Origin: Octopus sinensis
Lineage: Eukaryota
Assembly: GCF_006345805.1 (NCBI RefSeq)
Contig: NC_043003.1
Span: forward strand, 69,006,001 to 69,070,000
Direction: 5' to 3'
DNA length: 64,000 bases
Below, piece by piece: positions 1-9,855 of the stretch (its first letter is position 1; every line of letters starts with the position of its first letter). The notes under the pieces were generated by a model. The model saw nothing but the letters and a program-made list of their open reading frames with translations, did no database searches and had not been told where the DNA came from. Position numbers and translations under genes: made by a program.

Positions 1-295
1 GTTAAAACCTACCGTACTTCTCTCTTCCTTAATACAACCTTCCACACACTTGCCCGTAGCTGGCTTCTTCTTTTTCCAACTCTCCTGGATTCTATTTTTG
101 CTTCCACTCCCATTCTCACAGCTGTCCGTTCTTCACTTTCACCTCCTCCCTCACATGACGCAACCACCGCATCTTCAATCATTCTGATTCCTTCCCTCAT
201 ACATCTACCGGTGTCCTATACTGTTTAAATGCTTCTTCTGCGATATCTTGTACATCGGTCAAACCGTTCAGACACCGGCTAGACATCTATAAAGC
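1..295 (+). mobile_element. Decayed Penelope-like element, GIY-YIG endonuclease remnant
   Basis: About 190-290 reads TSTGVLYCL / KCFFCDILYIGQT across a 1-nt frameshift, matching the PLE GIY-YIG start pattern. Confidence 0.6.
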
Positions 296-303
296 ATATA
301 GAC

Positions 304-659
304 CAGTGCTTCTCAACCAGGGTCCTTATAACTTTTTTTGTTGGGTCTACGTAGGCAAAATGATAAATTGGGGATTTACGGTAGTATTTTAGGGGTCCAT
401 GAAACAATTTTGCCTCAGACATATTTATTGCAAGAAGCATTTATATTTTCTTTCTGTAATACTTAGCTTAGTTCAACATATCTCCAACAACTGAGACGTT
501 CTCTCAGCGAGTACTTTTGTAAACCTAAACATGTGAACATGTGATAAAGAAAATAGGGATTTTGAAAGAAATATCTGTGAACTGAATAGCTATGGGGCAG
601 GGTCCACCACAGTAAAACGATAATCAAAGATGTTCATAAAGAATGGTTGAGAACCACTG
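304..659. mobile_element. Non-autonomous hAT (Charlie-type) MITE
   Basis: TIRs CAGTGCTTCTCAACC (304-318) and GGTTGAGAACCACTG (645-659), 14/15 match; flanking 8-mers ATATAGAC and ATGTAGAT fit a decayed 8-bp TSD of NTCTAGAN type. Confidence 0.8.
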
Positions 660-947
660 ATGTAGATTAATACCATGCTTTTCTCATTGGAATTGCTTAT
701 TTTCTATTATCTTCTTCCTTTTCCACTTTCTCCTGGTCTTTCTCGTATTTTTCCACAGGCCAAAAAAGGGCAATGTCCAAAATGTAATGGTGATTGATCA
801 TTTCCCTTCTCTTTGGCGTCAACTGTGGATTTATTTCGTTGTGTTCTTCTTTTTTGCATTTATGATGTTCTAGTTATTGTTCTTCGTCATATTTCTGCGC
901 ACATAATACGCCCATACACACACACACATACATATACAAATAATAAT

Positions 948-1005
<58 letters not shown>

Positions 1006-1209
1006 AATAGGTGAATGAATTATCCTATGTTTATCGTCAGCATGGGAAATTCGTTGAACCGAAACCTGGGTAGCAAATTCACGTCAGAAACACGGTTGAA
1101 GCGACCTGTCCAAGGGTAGAAACTCCGGGTTCATGTGCAGAAATTTGTGTGTTGTATATGAATAAATGAAAGAATGGAGTCGAACGAAGATGTTAACAAA
1201 ATTCCTTTA

Positions 1210-1291
1210 CTCTCGACATATGTTTCGAAGACAACATGGTTTCATTCCAAAGGAATAAAGGGTGCATTATGCAATCTTCTCATCAGGAAAG
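1210..1291 (-). ncRNA. Type I hammerhead ribozyme motif
   Basis: Minus strand: ctttc CTGATGA gaaga..tcttc GAAA catatg TC gagag. Stem I 5 bp (one GU), stem II G-C closed, palindromic stem III CATATG, GUC triplet. Confidence 0.85.
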
Positions 1292-1565
1292 AAAGGGATC
1301 CTCTCTCGACAACAAGACAAACAAAAATTTCGATGACTGCCTACATGGTAAACAAAACGATAATGAGTGTTTTTAAAAAAGACGTTAGAAGAATTGACGT
1401 CAAAGATAGATAGTAGGAAGAGAAGGGTTAAAGGAATAATAGGTAGGGAACAAGTGGAGAGGGAAGGGTACGTTGATTGAAAGAATGTTCGAAGGCTTAG
1501 GAAAGAATGTTGTTATTGAAGTGGGGTGGACGTAAAGCTAATTGTTCAAACCACAGTGACTATCG

Positions 1566-3440
1566 TTATCCTTTATATGAGTAGAAAGTATGTTTCTGCC
1601 AGTGTTTACATTTGTATGATTTTTCTATGAGTGTGTTTACTAGGGGAACCTTAGAGAAGAGAATATGGAAGAGTTCAGAGTTGCAAATGTTACAAAATAT
1701 CCTGCCCTTATCAAAAGGAAAGGATACAGACAGTATGAACCAATCCAACTTGAAATTTATATTGTTGTCTTTAAGACGCCAAAACTAATTTACTAAGCCC
1801 TATACTATGTCGTTTTTTACTATCCCTGAATGTTGAATAATGGTTTGAAATTCTCTTGGTTAACTGGGAAGTGGACGCTCTTATATAGAAGAAGACATCG
1901 GTACCGGAAGAAATTCTACACTGGTAAATAGAATTCTTAATCTTAAAATTACTAGACAAAAATTTAATTCTGTTGGTGTTGTCCTCCGAGATCGAAGCGA
2001 AGTTTTTATTGCTATGATTGTTGTTACTATTATTATTAGCGCCAACAACTACACTATTTCTATTATTATTAGTATTATTAATGGTAATACAACCAGTAAT
2101 ACCACCGACAATAATACCGTTATTGTTATTACCATCAACATTACCATTGTTATTAACACGACTAATACTATTATTAATATTATCATTGTTAACACTTTCG
2201 CTGCTACCAATGCTGTTACTACTAATACTATTCCTATTATCATGATTGTATGATGGGTTGGAATTAGCAAGATTAGTGTTGGAACTCCCGGGTGAAGAAT
2301 CTTTGTTTAGCAGCTTGGTATTTTGAGAAGATATAATTTGTGAAAGATTTCTAGTGTTAGCGATTCTAACTATGTGGGAATTGATAATAGAATGATATCT
2401 AGAATTTCTGAGAAAGTTCCTAGCAACGGCTTCACGGAACTGTAAGGGAAGGTTCGATTTAATTTGTTTTCCGAAAGGTATTACGAACCAGATACAGCTT
2501 TTTGTGGCCTTTGAATTGTACTTAGTGTTATTTGTGATAGTAAGGGGAAAATTTCTGGGTTGGAAATTTGGGGTTGCATAGCGCTTACCTCCCCTAGTTC
2601 GTAAAGAATTTATTTTATGTACAGGGTTGCTGGCACTATTAGAATTGAAATCATTATTCCTATTACGAGTAACTTTTCTATCTGGAGAAGCAGATGTTGG
2701 TTTAGAATGAGCTGCATCGATGTATGACACTTTCTCCTTATAACCGGCTTTTAACAAGGCGGCGTTATAGAAGTCTACCTTTTGGTTAAAGATGTTGACA
2801 TTGGCAGATAATTTAGACAGTCTCAAAGATATATTTTTGACTAAATTATCGGTAACTGGCCTGGCATGATTACTGTAAATGCTAATATACTTAAGATTTG
2901 TGGAGGGTTTATGTTAAGGGAAGTATGAGTTATTCTGCATATTGAGGGTAATGTCTAAGAAGTGGCTTTAGTTAATTCATTGTCAAAAACGATGCGCAAG
3001 CCCATTCTACTAAAAAACCTAACTAATCTGTTCTTAACCTTCTGTATTTTTTGGTTCGAAACGTTTTGGAGGTAAAGCAGACAATCGTCGCGATAAAGAC
3101 CTCCACAGATGTCCGGGAATTGATCGGCCATTTCATAAAGAATATAAATTCCGACCAAATCGGCTATCTGGGCGCTGTTTGTACTTCCCATTAGTACATC
3201 AAACGCATTAGGGGTATCTCTACGGACCCACAACTTCCTATCGAACTGGATGAAAGATTTCCTAGCAGTCAATATCACACTAATTTCCTCCCTGGAGAGG
3301 CCTGCCTTATTGTGTGCGTGCCATAGGGCCTTATTAAGTATAATAGGGTTGATTGAAGAATAGAAACTAGATATATAGTGTACAACGTGCTTCGTACTTT
3401 TTGTTGTACACGTATGATGACTCCAGTGCCCACATATGCT
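1566..3440 (-). pseudogene. PLE reverse transcriptase + GIY-YIG endonuclease, disrupted
   Basis: FDVLMGSTNSAQIADLVG and GLYRDDCL (RT); FLDITLN..P*HKP..SNH (thumb, after a frameshift near 2960, with one TAA); IWFVIPF; SIYQCRI..FYIRAST..RISNH (GIY-YIG, G to R); second frameshift near 1775, then VWRLKDNNINF..CNICN..CKH. The clade call is from recall of these motifs. Confidence 0.85.
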
Positions 3441-3504
<64 letters not shown>

Positions 3505-3574
3505 GTATAGATGTAATTATGTACATATACGTATGTATATATGAATACATATATATTATTTATATTATTATATG

Positions 3575-3890
3575 ATTGAACGTCACGCATCATCTTCCAA
3601 GTAAGTTATATATATATATATATATGTAGGTCCCGGGTTGAGTCGGGGTTAACCACAGTAAATAAGGTACTCAATACATAGCAGAGTAAATTAATTTATT
3701 TTATAGAAGGAGCTTCTACAGGACTAGAACTGTTTCATTCAAATGAAATCATCAGGAAGCTTGCTGTCAAAATAAGTTCTGGCATTTATACATTTAGGCA
3801 GATTTGTTGTTGTTGTTATTAAGTGGAGGGAAGAAGTAGATAAGTATACATGAAAGAACATATAAAATAAATATGCATACAAACCCACAT
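3575..3890 (-). mobile_element. PLE pLTR-like end, inverted partner of 5800-6245
   Basis: Reverse complement matches 5800-5885 plus 6045-6245, including the HHR and acttacttggaaga after the TA tract. Confidence 0.75.
3711..3761 (-). ncRNA. Type I hammerhead ribozyme motif
   Basis: agcttc CTGATGA tttcatttgaat GAAA cag-ttctagtc-ctg TA gaagct. 6-bp stem I, looped stem III, GUA triplet; 10.1-11.1 pair is U-U. Confidence 0.8.
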
Positions 3891-3981
3891 ACATACACAT
3901 GCGAATATCCATACACATACATATACATATGCCAATGCATATACATACAGACACACACATACATACATATAATTACACTAG

Positions 3982-4029
<48 letters not shown>

Positions 4030-4576
4030 CACATACATACACATACATACATATACATATATATACATACACATATATATACAAATACACATACACATAC
4101 ATGCAAGCACGTAAACACACGCACACATATATCTACACATATATATATAAATAAATATACACACCCATACACACACACATATATTTATATTTTTTCTTCT
4201 CTCCTCATCTTCCTCCCTTATTTTATTTTTATTTTTATTTTCCCTTGACCGTCTTCAAAATCATAAAAGGTATAATATATGACCTACCTACCCGCCGACA
4301 CACATTTAGTGGCGCTAGAGTAGACAAACGCCAAAAGTTCCTAGAACTCCCCAGGGTTCCAGCAGGCCTAATAGAATCCATCTACCGCTCCCCTCTCCCT
4401 TCCTTTCTATCTCTTTACCCACAGATACAAACGCAAACACTCACACACACACACTCTCACACGCACACTCATACACATACACAAACACACATGTTCTCTC
4501 ACTCATTTCCTCCTCATCCACTTATACATATGTATATATCTCTCTCTACATGCACATATATATATATATATATATA

Positions 4577-4648
4577 TCTCACTGAAGAATTCTCCCTGAG
4601 CAAATAAATTATCTTTATTGCTGAAAAGAAAGAAACTGCAGTCTGAGA
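4577..4648 (+). ncRNA. Type I hammerhead ribozyme motif, copy 1
   Basis: tctca CTGAAGA attct..agaaa GAAA ctgcag TC tgaga. Perfect 5-bp stem I, palindromic stem III CTGCAG; 10.1-11.1 is A-A. Confidence 0.8.
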
Positions 4649-4972
4649 ATTACCGGTTTAGTAAATGTTTTTATCTTCATTTCACTTAATTTATCAAGCT
4701 TCTGTATTCCTAGCACATATTTCGCCTTAATGTACTGATATATGAAAAATATATGGCTTGTGTTAGTAATACCAGCGATTATAATTATTTTTATTTTATC
4801 GCAATTTGATTTGTTTACATATTTCTCGATAAATTATGAGCGCCAGGCGATATACCAGAATTCCCTAGTGTTGTCGGGACGTTCGGAGTCTGCGCAGTGA
4901 TATGATTAGTTAGGGAGAGTAAATCATTAGACGCACATGCTTCTAGTGAGTTAGGATCCCAGAAAAACAGGG

Positions 4973-5044
4973 TCTCACTGAAGAATTCTCCCTGAGCAAA
5001 TAAATTATCTTTATTGCTGAAAAGAAAGAAACTGCAGTCTGAGA
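4973..5044 (+). ncRNA. Type I hammerhead ribozyme motif, copy 2
   Basis: Identical to 4577-4648. Confidence 0.8.
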
Positions 5045-5211
5045 ATTACCGTTTAGTAAATGTTTTTATCTTCATTTCACTTAATTTATCAAGCTTCTGT
5101 ATTCCTAGCACATATTTCGCCTTAATGTACTGATATATGAAAAATATATGGCTTGTGTTAGTAATACCAGCGATTATAATTATTTTTATTTTATCGCAAT
5201 TTGATTTGTTT

Positions 5212-5242
<31 letters not shown>

Positions 5243-5639
5243 CACACACAAGTACACATATGCATACATACATAAATGTACCCACTTTCACATAAACGTA
5301 TACATAACTATGTACACACAAACACATATATATATATAAACGTACTTCAGTACACATAAACACACATAAATATCTGCCCGCATATATAAACGCATATGCT
5401 CATATAAAAACCTATATATACATACATGCGCATACATACACATACGTACAAGTACATACATATACATATCTACACATATACACATACATATATACACATA
5501 CAAAAATCTACAAGTCCATATATATATATGTATATATATACATATACGTATATACCTACATATACATACATATATATACTTACACCCATACACCAATATA
5601 TATACATATCTACAAACACACACATATATATATATACAT

Positions 5640-5683
<44 letters not shown>

Positions 5684-5799
5684 CACATGCACATACAAAT
5701 ACACATACGCATATCTACACACACACACACACACACATATATATACATATATAAAAAAGTCTACAAGTCCATACATATACACATATACATATATATATA

Positions 5800-6154
5800 T
5801 ATGGGTTTGTATGTATATTTATTTTATATGTTCTTTTATGTATACTTATCTACTTCTTCCCTCCACTTAATAACAACAACAACAAACTGACTAAAAGCGA
5901 TAGTCTTCTAATTTACCTAAAACTCTATTCAATTATTCTATTTATTCATTTATTTACTTTATCACTGATTCTTTTGACCACTCCTCTAAGAAAGACAGTT
6001 TGTGCCCCGCTTACCCCAAAAATGTCCCCCACCACCACCTCATTAAATCTGCCTAAAGGTATAAATGCCAGAACTTATTTTGACAGCAAGCTTCCTGATG
6101 ATTTCATTTGAATGAAACAGTTCTAGTCCTGTAGAAGCTCCTTCTATAAAATAA

Positions 6155-6204
<50 letters not shown>

Positions 6205-6245
6205 TATATATATATAACTTACTTGGAAGAGGATGCGTTCAAAAA
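5800..6245 (+). mobile_element. PLE pLTR-like end with an insertion of about 160 bp (about 5887-6045)
   Basis: Inverted homologue of 3575-3890. Confidence 0.75.
6089..6139 (+). ncRNA. Type I hammerhead ribozyme motif
   Basis: Same 51-nt sequence as 3711-3761, on the opposite strand. Confidence 0.8.
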
Positions 6246-6959
6246 AGTGCGGAAGATCCAACTGTGGGATATGCGTCAATTTAATTGGGGGATCAGAGTT
6301 CTTCTGATCCCCCAATAACAAAAATAAAAGCTTCAGAATTTTTCCCCTCTACCAATTCAGGGACGATACAACCTGGAGCCAATGAATCAGTAAAGAGACT
6401 CTCTTTATTACAAACCCCTTTTTATTACAGACCCCTCTTTATTACAGACCCCTTTTGAACGCGTCTACAACATATCTACCTCGGCCTTAGAATAACACAA
6501 ATACACATGCAAATATTAAAAATGATACACTCAAGAGATTCCAAAGAATTCATTAAAAACACAGTCCCAATCACTGCAATAAACCACAACGTGCCAATTT
6601 TAATTCATTTAAACATTTAATACCTTACTACTTTTATACTACCTACATTCATTCTTATTCTCCCACCTCTTACTTCTTCTTCTTTGTCTTCTTCCTCCTC
6701 CTTCCTAACTTTACCACTATTACTGTTTAGAATAACACCTACACAAATTTCATAAACAAAACATTCAAAAGAGACGTTTCAGGAATTCAACAATTACTAC
6801 TACCATCCACGGCGGGTCACTTGACCATTTTACCACCATCCACATCGGGCAGTTGTCCATTTAACATACTACTATCATAGTACTACCACATTCTTCTTCT
6901 TCTTCTTCTTCTTCTTCTCCTTCTCCTCCTCTTCCTCCTCCTCCTCCTTCTTCTTTTTC

Positions 6960-7199
6960 TTCCCTACCAAGAATTTACAACGACCTCGAACCCACAAGAG
7001 AGACAGAGACAGGCAGAAACAAGGAAAATGCCACTTGTATTTCAACACTATGCAAATATTTTTTTTAAACTTTTCTTTTAATTTTTCCAAAATTTAATTG
7101 TTTTTCATACTTACAGTTGAAAACGTTTCAATAACTGAAACCGGTACTGAAATGTTTTTTATAAAATTATTGTAGCATTTTCTATCTTGACTTTTCCCA
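6960..7199 (+). mobile_element. Short PLE-end-like element of about 240 bp; same family at 59421-59669, related at 27645-27790 and 12630-12890
   Basis: Roughly 85-90% identical by eye to 59421-59669; contains a minimal HHR-like motif and ends at a TA-rich tract. Confidence 0.65.
7114..7149 (+). ncRNA. Minimal HHR-like motif with U3-A8 core (UUGAAAA)
   Basis: cag TTGAAAA cgtttcaataact GAAA ccgg TA ctg. Confidence 0.55.
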
Positions 7200-7224
7200 T
7201 ATATATATATAAATATATATATAT

Positions 7225-7314
7225 ACAGGTAGGCAGGCAGATAGACAAACAGACAGACAGACAGATGGACAGACAGACAGACTGACAGATAGTTTGATAG
7301 ATGGATAGATAGAT

Positions 7315-7410
<96 letters not shown>
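7225..7410. repeat. (GACA)n/(GATA)n microsatellite
   Basis: Read directly. Confidence 0.95.
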
Positions 7411-7412
<2 letters not shown>

Positions 7413-7629
7413 ATGGATTCTAAGGCTCGTGTCCTGTTATTGTACCAAGTATATTACAGAGAATGCTATCGCTATCAGCAACAGATTTTTCATTATCATC
7501 ATCATCATCTACATCAAAAACTTGAATACAGTTATCATGTCGCGTACAACCCCGAATAGATCTTTCGTGATATTATGATGATTAAGATAGCGATGCGAAT
7601 GATAATGATGTTGCATTTGAGGAAGCTGA

Positions 7630-7710
7630 AAAGAAGAAGAAAGAAGAAGAAGAAGAAGAAGAAGAAGAAGAAGAAGAAGAAGAAGAAGAAGAAGAAGAAG
7701 AAGAAGAAGG
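7630..7710. repeat. (GAA)n microsatellite
   Basis: Read directly; source of the poly-K and poly-L ORFs. Confidence 0.95.
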
Positions 7711-8849
7711 GTTGGAGGAGTAGGAGGGAGATGAGTGGGAGGAAGTGTAGGGCGGGGCTTAGGTGTAGTGAAATTATTAAAAAATGTTTTCAACGGGAAG
7801 TGCCGTTAATTTGGCTTTTGGTGATTGGCCATGCAATTAAACTGCTCCTCTGTAATTACTGTGAACTGAACAGTTGAATGCCACGTGAACCAATTATCAA
7901 AATTGAATAAACTATTATTCTCTGCTGTAGTGAGGAGGAGAGAATATTGGAGAACCAAAGAAAGAATAGAAGACAGAGTGAAAAAGAGAGAGTGAAGGAG
8001 AGAAAGACAGACAGACAGAGAGTGGGAGGGAGAGAGGAGAGATGATCTGACTTAGTTGCTATGGTGAAATCGTTGCCCTTTTTATGTTTATATTTTTCAA
8101 ACTCTCGACTCATTTCACAATAAAACTATCTTCCATTTTTTATTACCATTTTTATTATTATTTTTTTTTGTTATCTTCGATACGATTATGATGAAGATCA
8201 TAGTAATTATCATCAAAATATTTCCCACCTTCACTCTACAATCAGTATCAACATCAACAACGTTTCCGGCACAAAATCCGTTTCCAGAAACGAGAAACAG
8301 TAACTTCGACGTCATTACCACAAGCAGTAGCAGTAGCAGTCGTTATCGTATCCAATCCTATTACCATGCTTATCACTATTGTTATTATGCAACCAACCAG
8401 CACCCTTGTGGCAAATAAAAGAATAGATTATTAATAGCATTGTTTTATCATTGATCTAAAATGGTGATTGTGCCGTGATCCGACCATTTACTTCCCGATT
8501 TCAAATCTTGAGCAAATTAAGGTTGACTTCCATTATTTCCACTTAAATATATAAAAATATATAAAATAATATAATTCCATATATAAATAATATATATATT
8601 ACACATGAACCAATACTGGTGACGATTAATCGGTCCCATCTCCAAAAATGCCTGTCCTCCTGCTCTTATTGCCTTTCATCCATTCGTAGTTGATTTAAAA
8701 AGTACCAGTGAAATACTGGGGTCGCTGTAATTGACTAATCCTCTCCCAACAATTTCAGGTCATGTACCTATAGTAGACAGGATTATTATTATTATTGTTA
8801 TTATTATTATCATTGTTTTTGTTGTTGTTGTCTTTGCACAGCTTCTAAC

Positions 8850-8924
8850 GCTTCAGGGCATTTATTATTATTATTATTATTATTATTAATATTTTTATTA
8901 TTATTATTATTATTATTATTAATA

Positions 8925-9012
<88 letters not shown>
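8850..9012. repeat. (TTA)n microsatellite
   Basis: Read directly. Confidence 0.95.
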
Positions 9013-9029
9013 CGCCGTTATTGTTGTTA

Positions 9030-9210
9030 TTGTGAGCTGGCAGAATCGTTAGCACGGTGGACAAAATGTTTACTGCAATTTCATCTGTCTTTACGTTCTG
9101 AGTTCAAATTCAGCTGAGGTTGACTTTGCTTTTTATCCTTTAAGGTCGAAAGTAATCGACTTACCTCCTTTCCTGAAATTACAAGCGTTGTGCCAACATT
9201 TTAAACCATT
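9030..9210 (+). mobile_element. SINE family B (gagctggcagaatcgttagc head)
   Basis: Homologous to copies at 25070, 39275, 43365, 44480, 56070 and 56370. Confidence 0.75.
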
Positions 9211-9470
9211 ATTATTATCATTATCATCATCATCATTGATGTCTATAAATCACTGAACCAATTATTTTTATTTATTTATATTGAGCTACGTGTATTTATC
9301 CTCTGAATGTAATCCTATCGCGGTCATATTTATCTTTCTTCTTTTAAGGACCTTGAAAACGAAGTCCCGGTCAAGTACTGGAGTTCATTAAAAGGAATTA
9401 CAGCCCCTACTTCAAAAACATCTGAGGCGTCTTGCCAATACTTCAATTTGTTTTTTTGTTTTTTTTTTAT

Positions 9471-9855
9471 ATAGGTGCAAGAGAGCTTTCTTACCAACCA
9501 CAGGGTTCCGGGTTCAGGCCCACTGCGTGGCACCTTGGACAAGTGTCTTCTACTATAGCCTCGGGCCGACCAAAACCCTGAGAGTGGATTTGGTAGACTG
9601 ACACTGAAAGAAGCCCCTCGTATATGTGTGTGTGTGTGTATGTGTGTGTGGTTGTGTGTCTGTGTTTGTCCCCCAACATCGCTTAGCAAACGATGCTGGT
9701 GTGTTTACGTCCCCGTAACCTAGCGGTTCGGCAAAAGAGCCCGAGAGAATAAGTACTAGGCTTACAAAGAATAAATCCTGGGGTAGGGTCGATTTGCTCG
9801 ACTAAAAGCGGTGCTCCAGCATGGCCGCACTCAAGTGACTGAAACAAGAAGAGAA
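9471..9855 (+). mobile_element. tRNA-derived SINE family A
   Basis: B-box-like gggttcaggccc, central (TG)n, tail ..gactgaaacaag; many homologues in the window. Confidence 0.85.

Larger units (their letters stand above)
1010..3440 (-). mobile_element. 5'-truncated Naiad-like Penelope-like retroelement with 3' UTR/pLTR
   Basis: RT, thumb, linker and GIY-YIG domains in order on the minus strand, then a 3' region with an HHR, ending at (TA)n near 1010. Confidence 0.85.
4577..5212 (+). mobile_element. HHR-bearing direct repeat, 396-bp period, about 1.6 units, between (TA)n tracts (retrozyme-like or pLTR-only PLE)
   Basis: 4577 to about 4818 repeats at 4973 to about 5212 with one visible 1-nt indel; each copy starts with an HHR. 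Confidence 0.8.

Noticed and set aside
1010-1560. SECIS element in the Naiad-like 3' UTR
   Set aside because: No AUGA..AA..GA stem of the right geometry found, and the ORF has no in-frame TGA.
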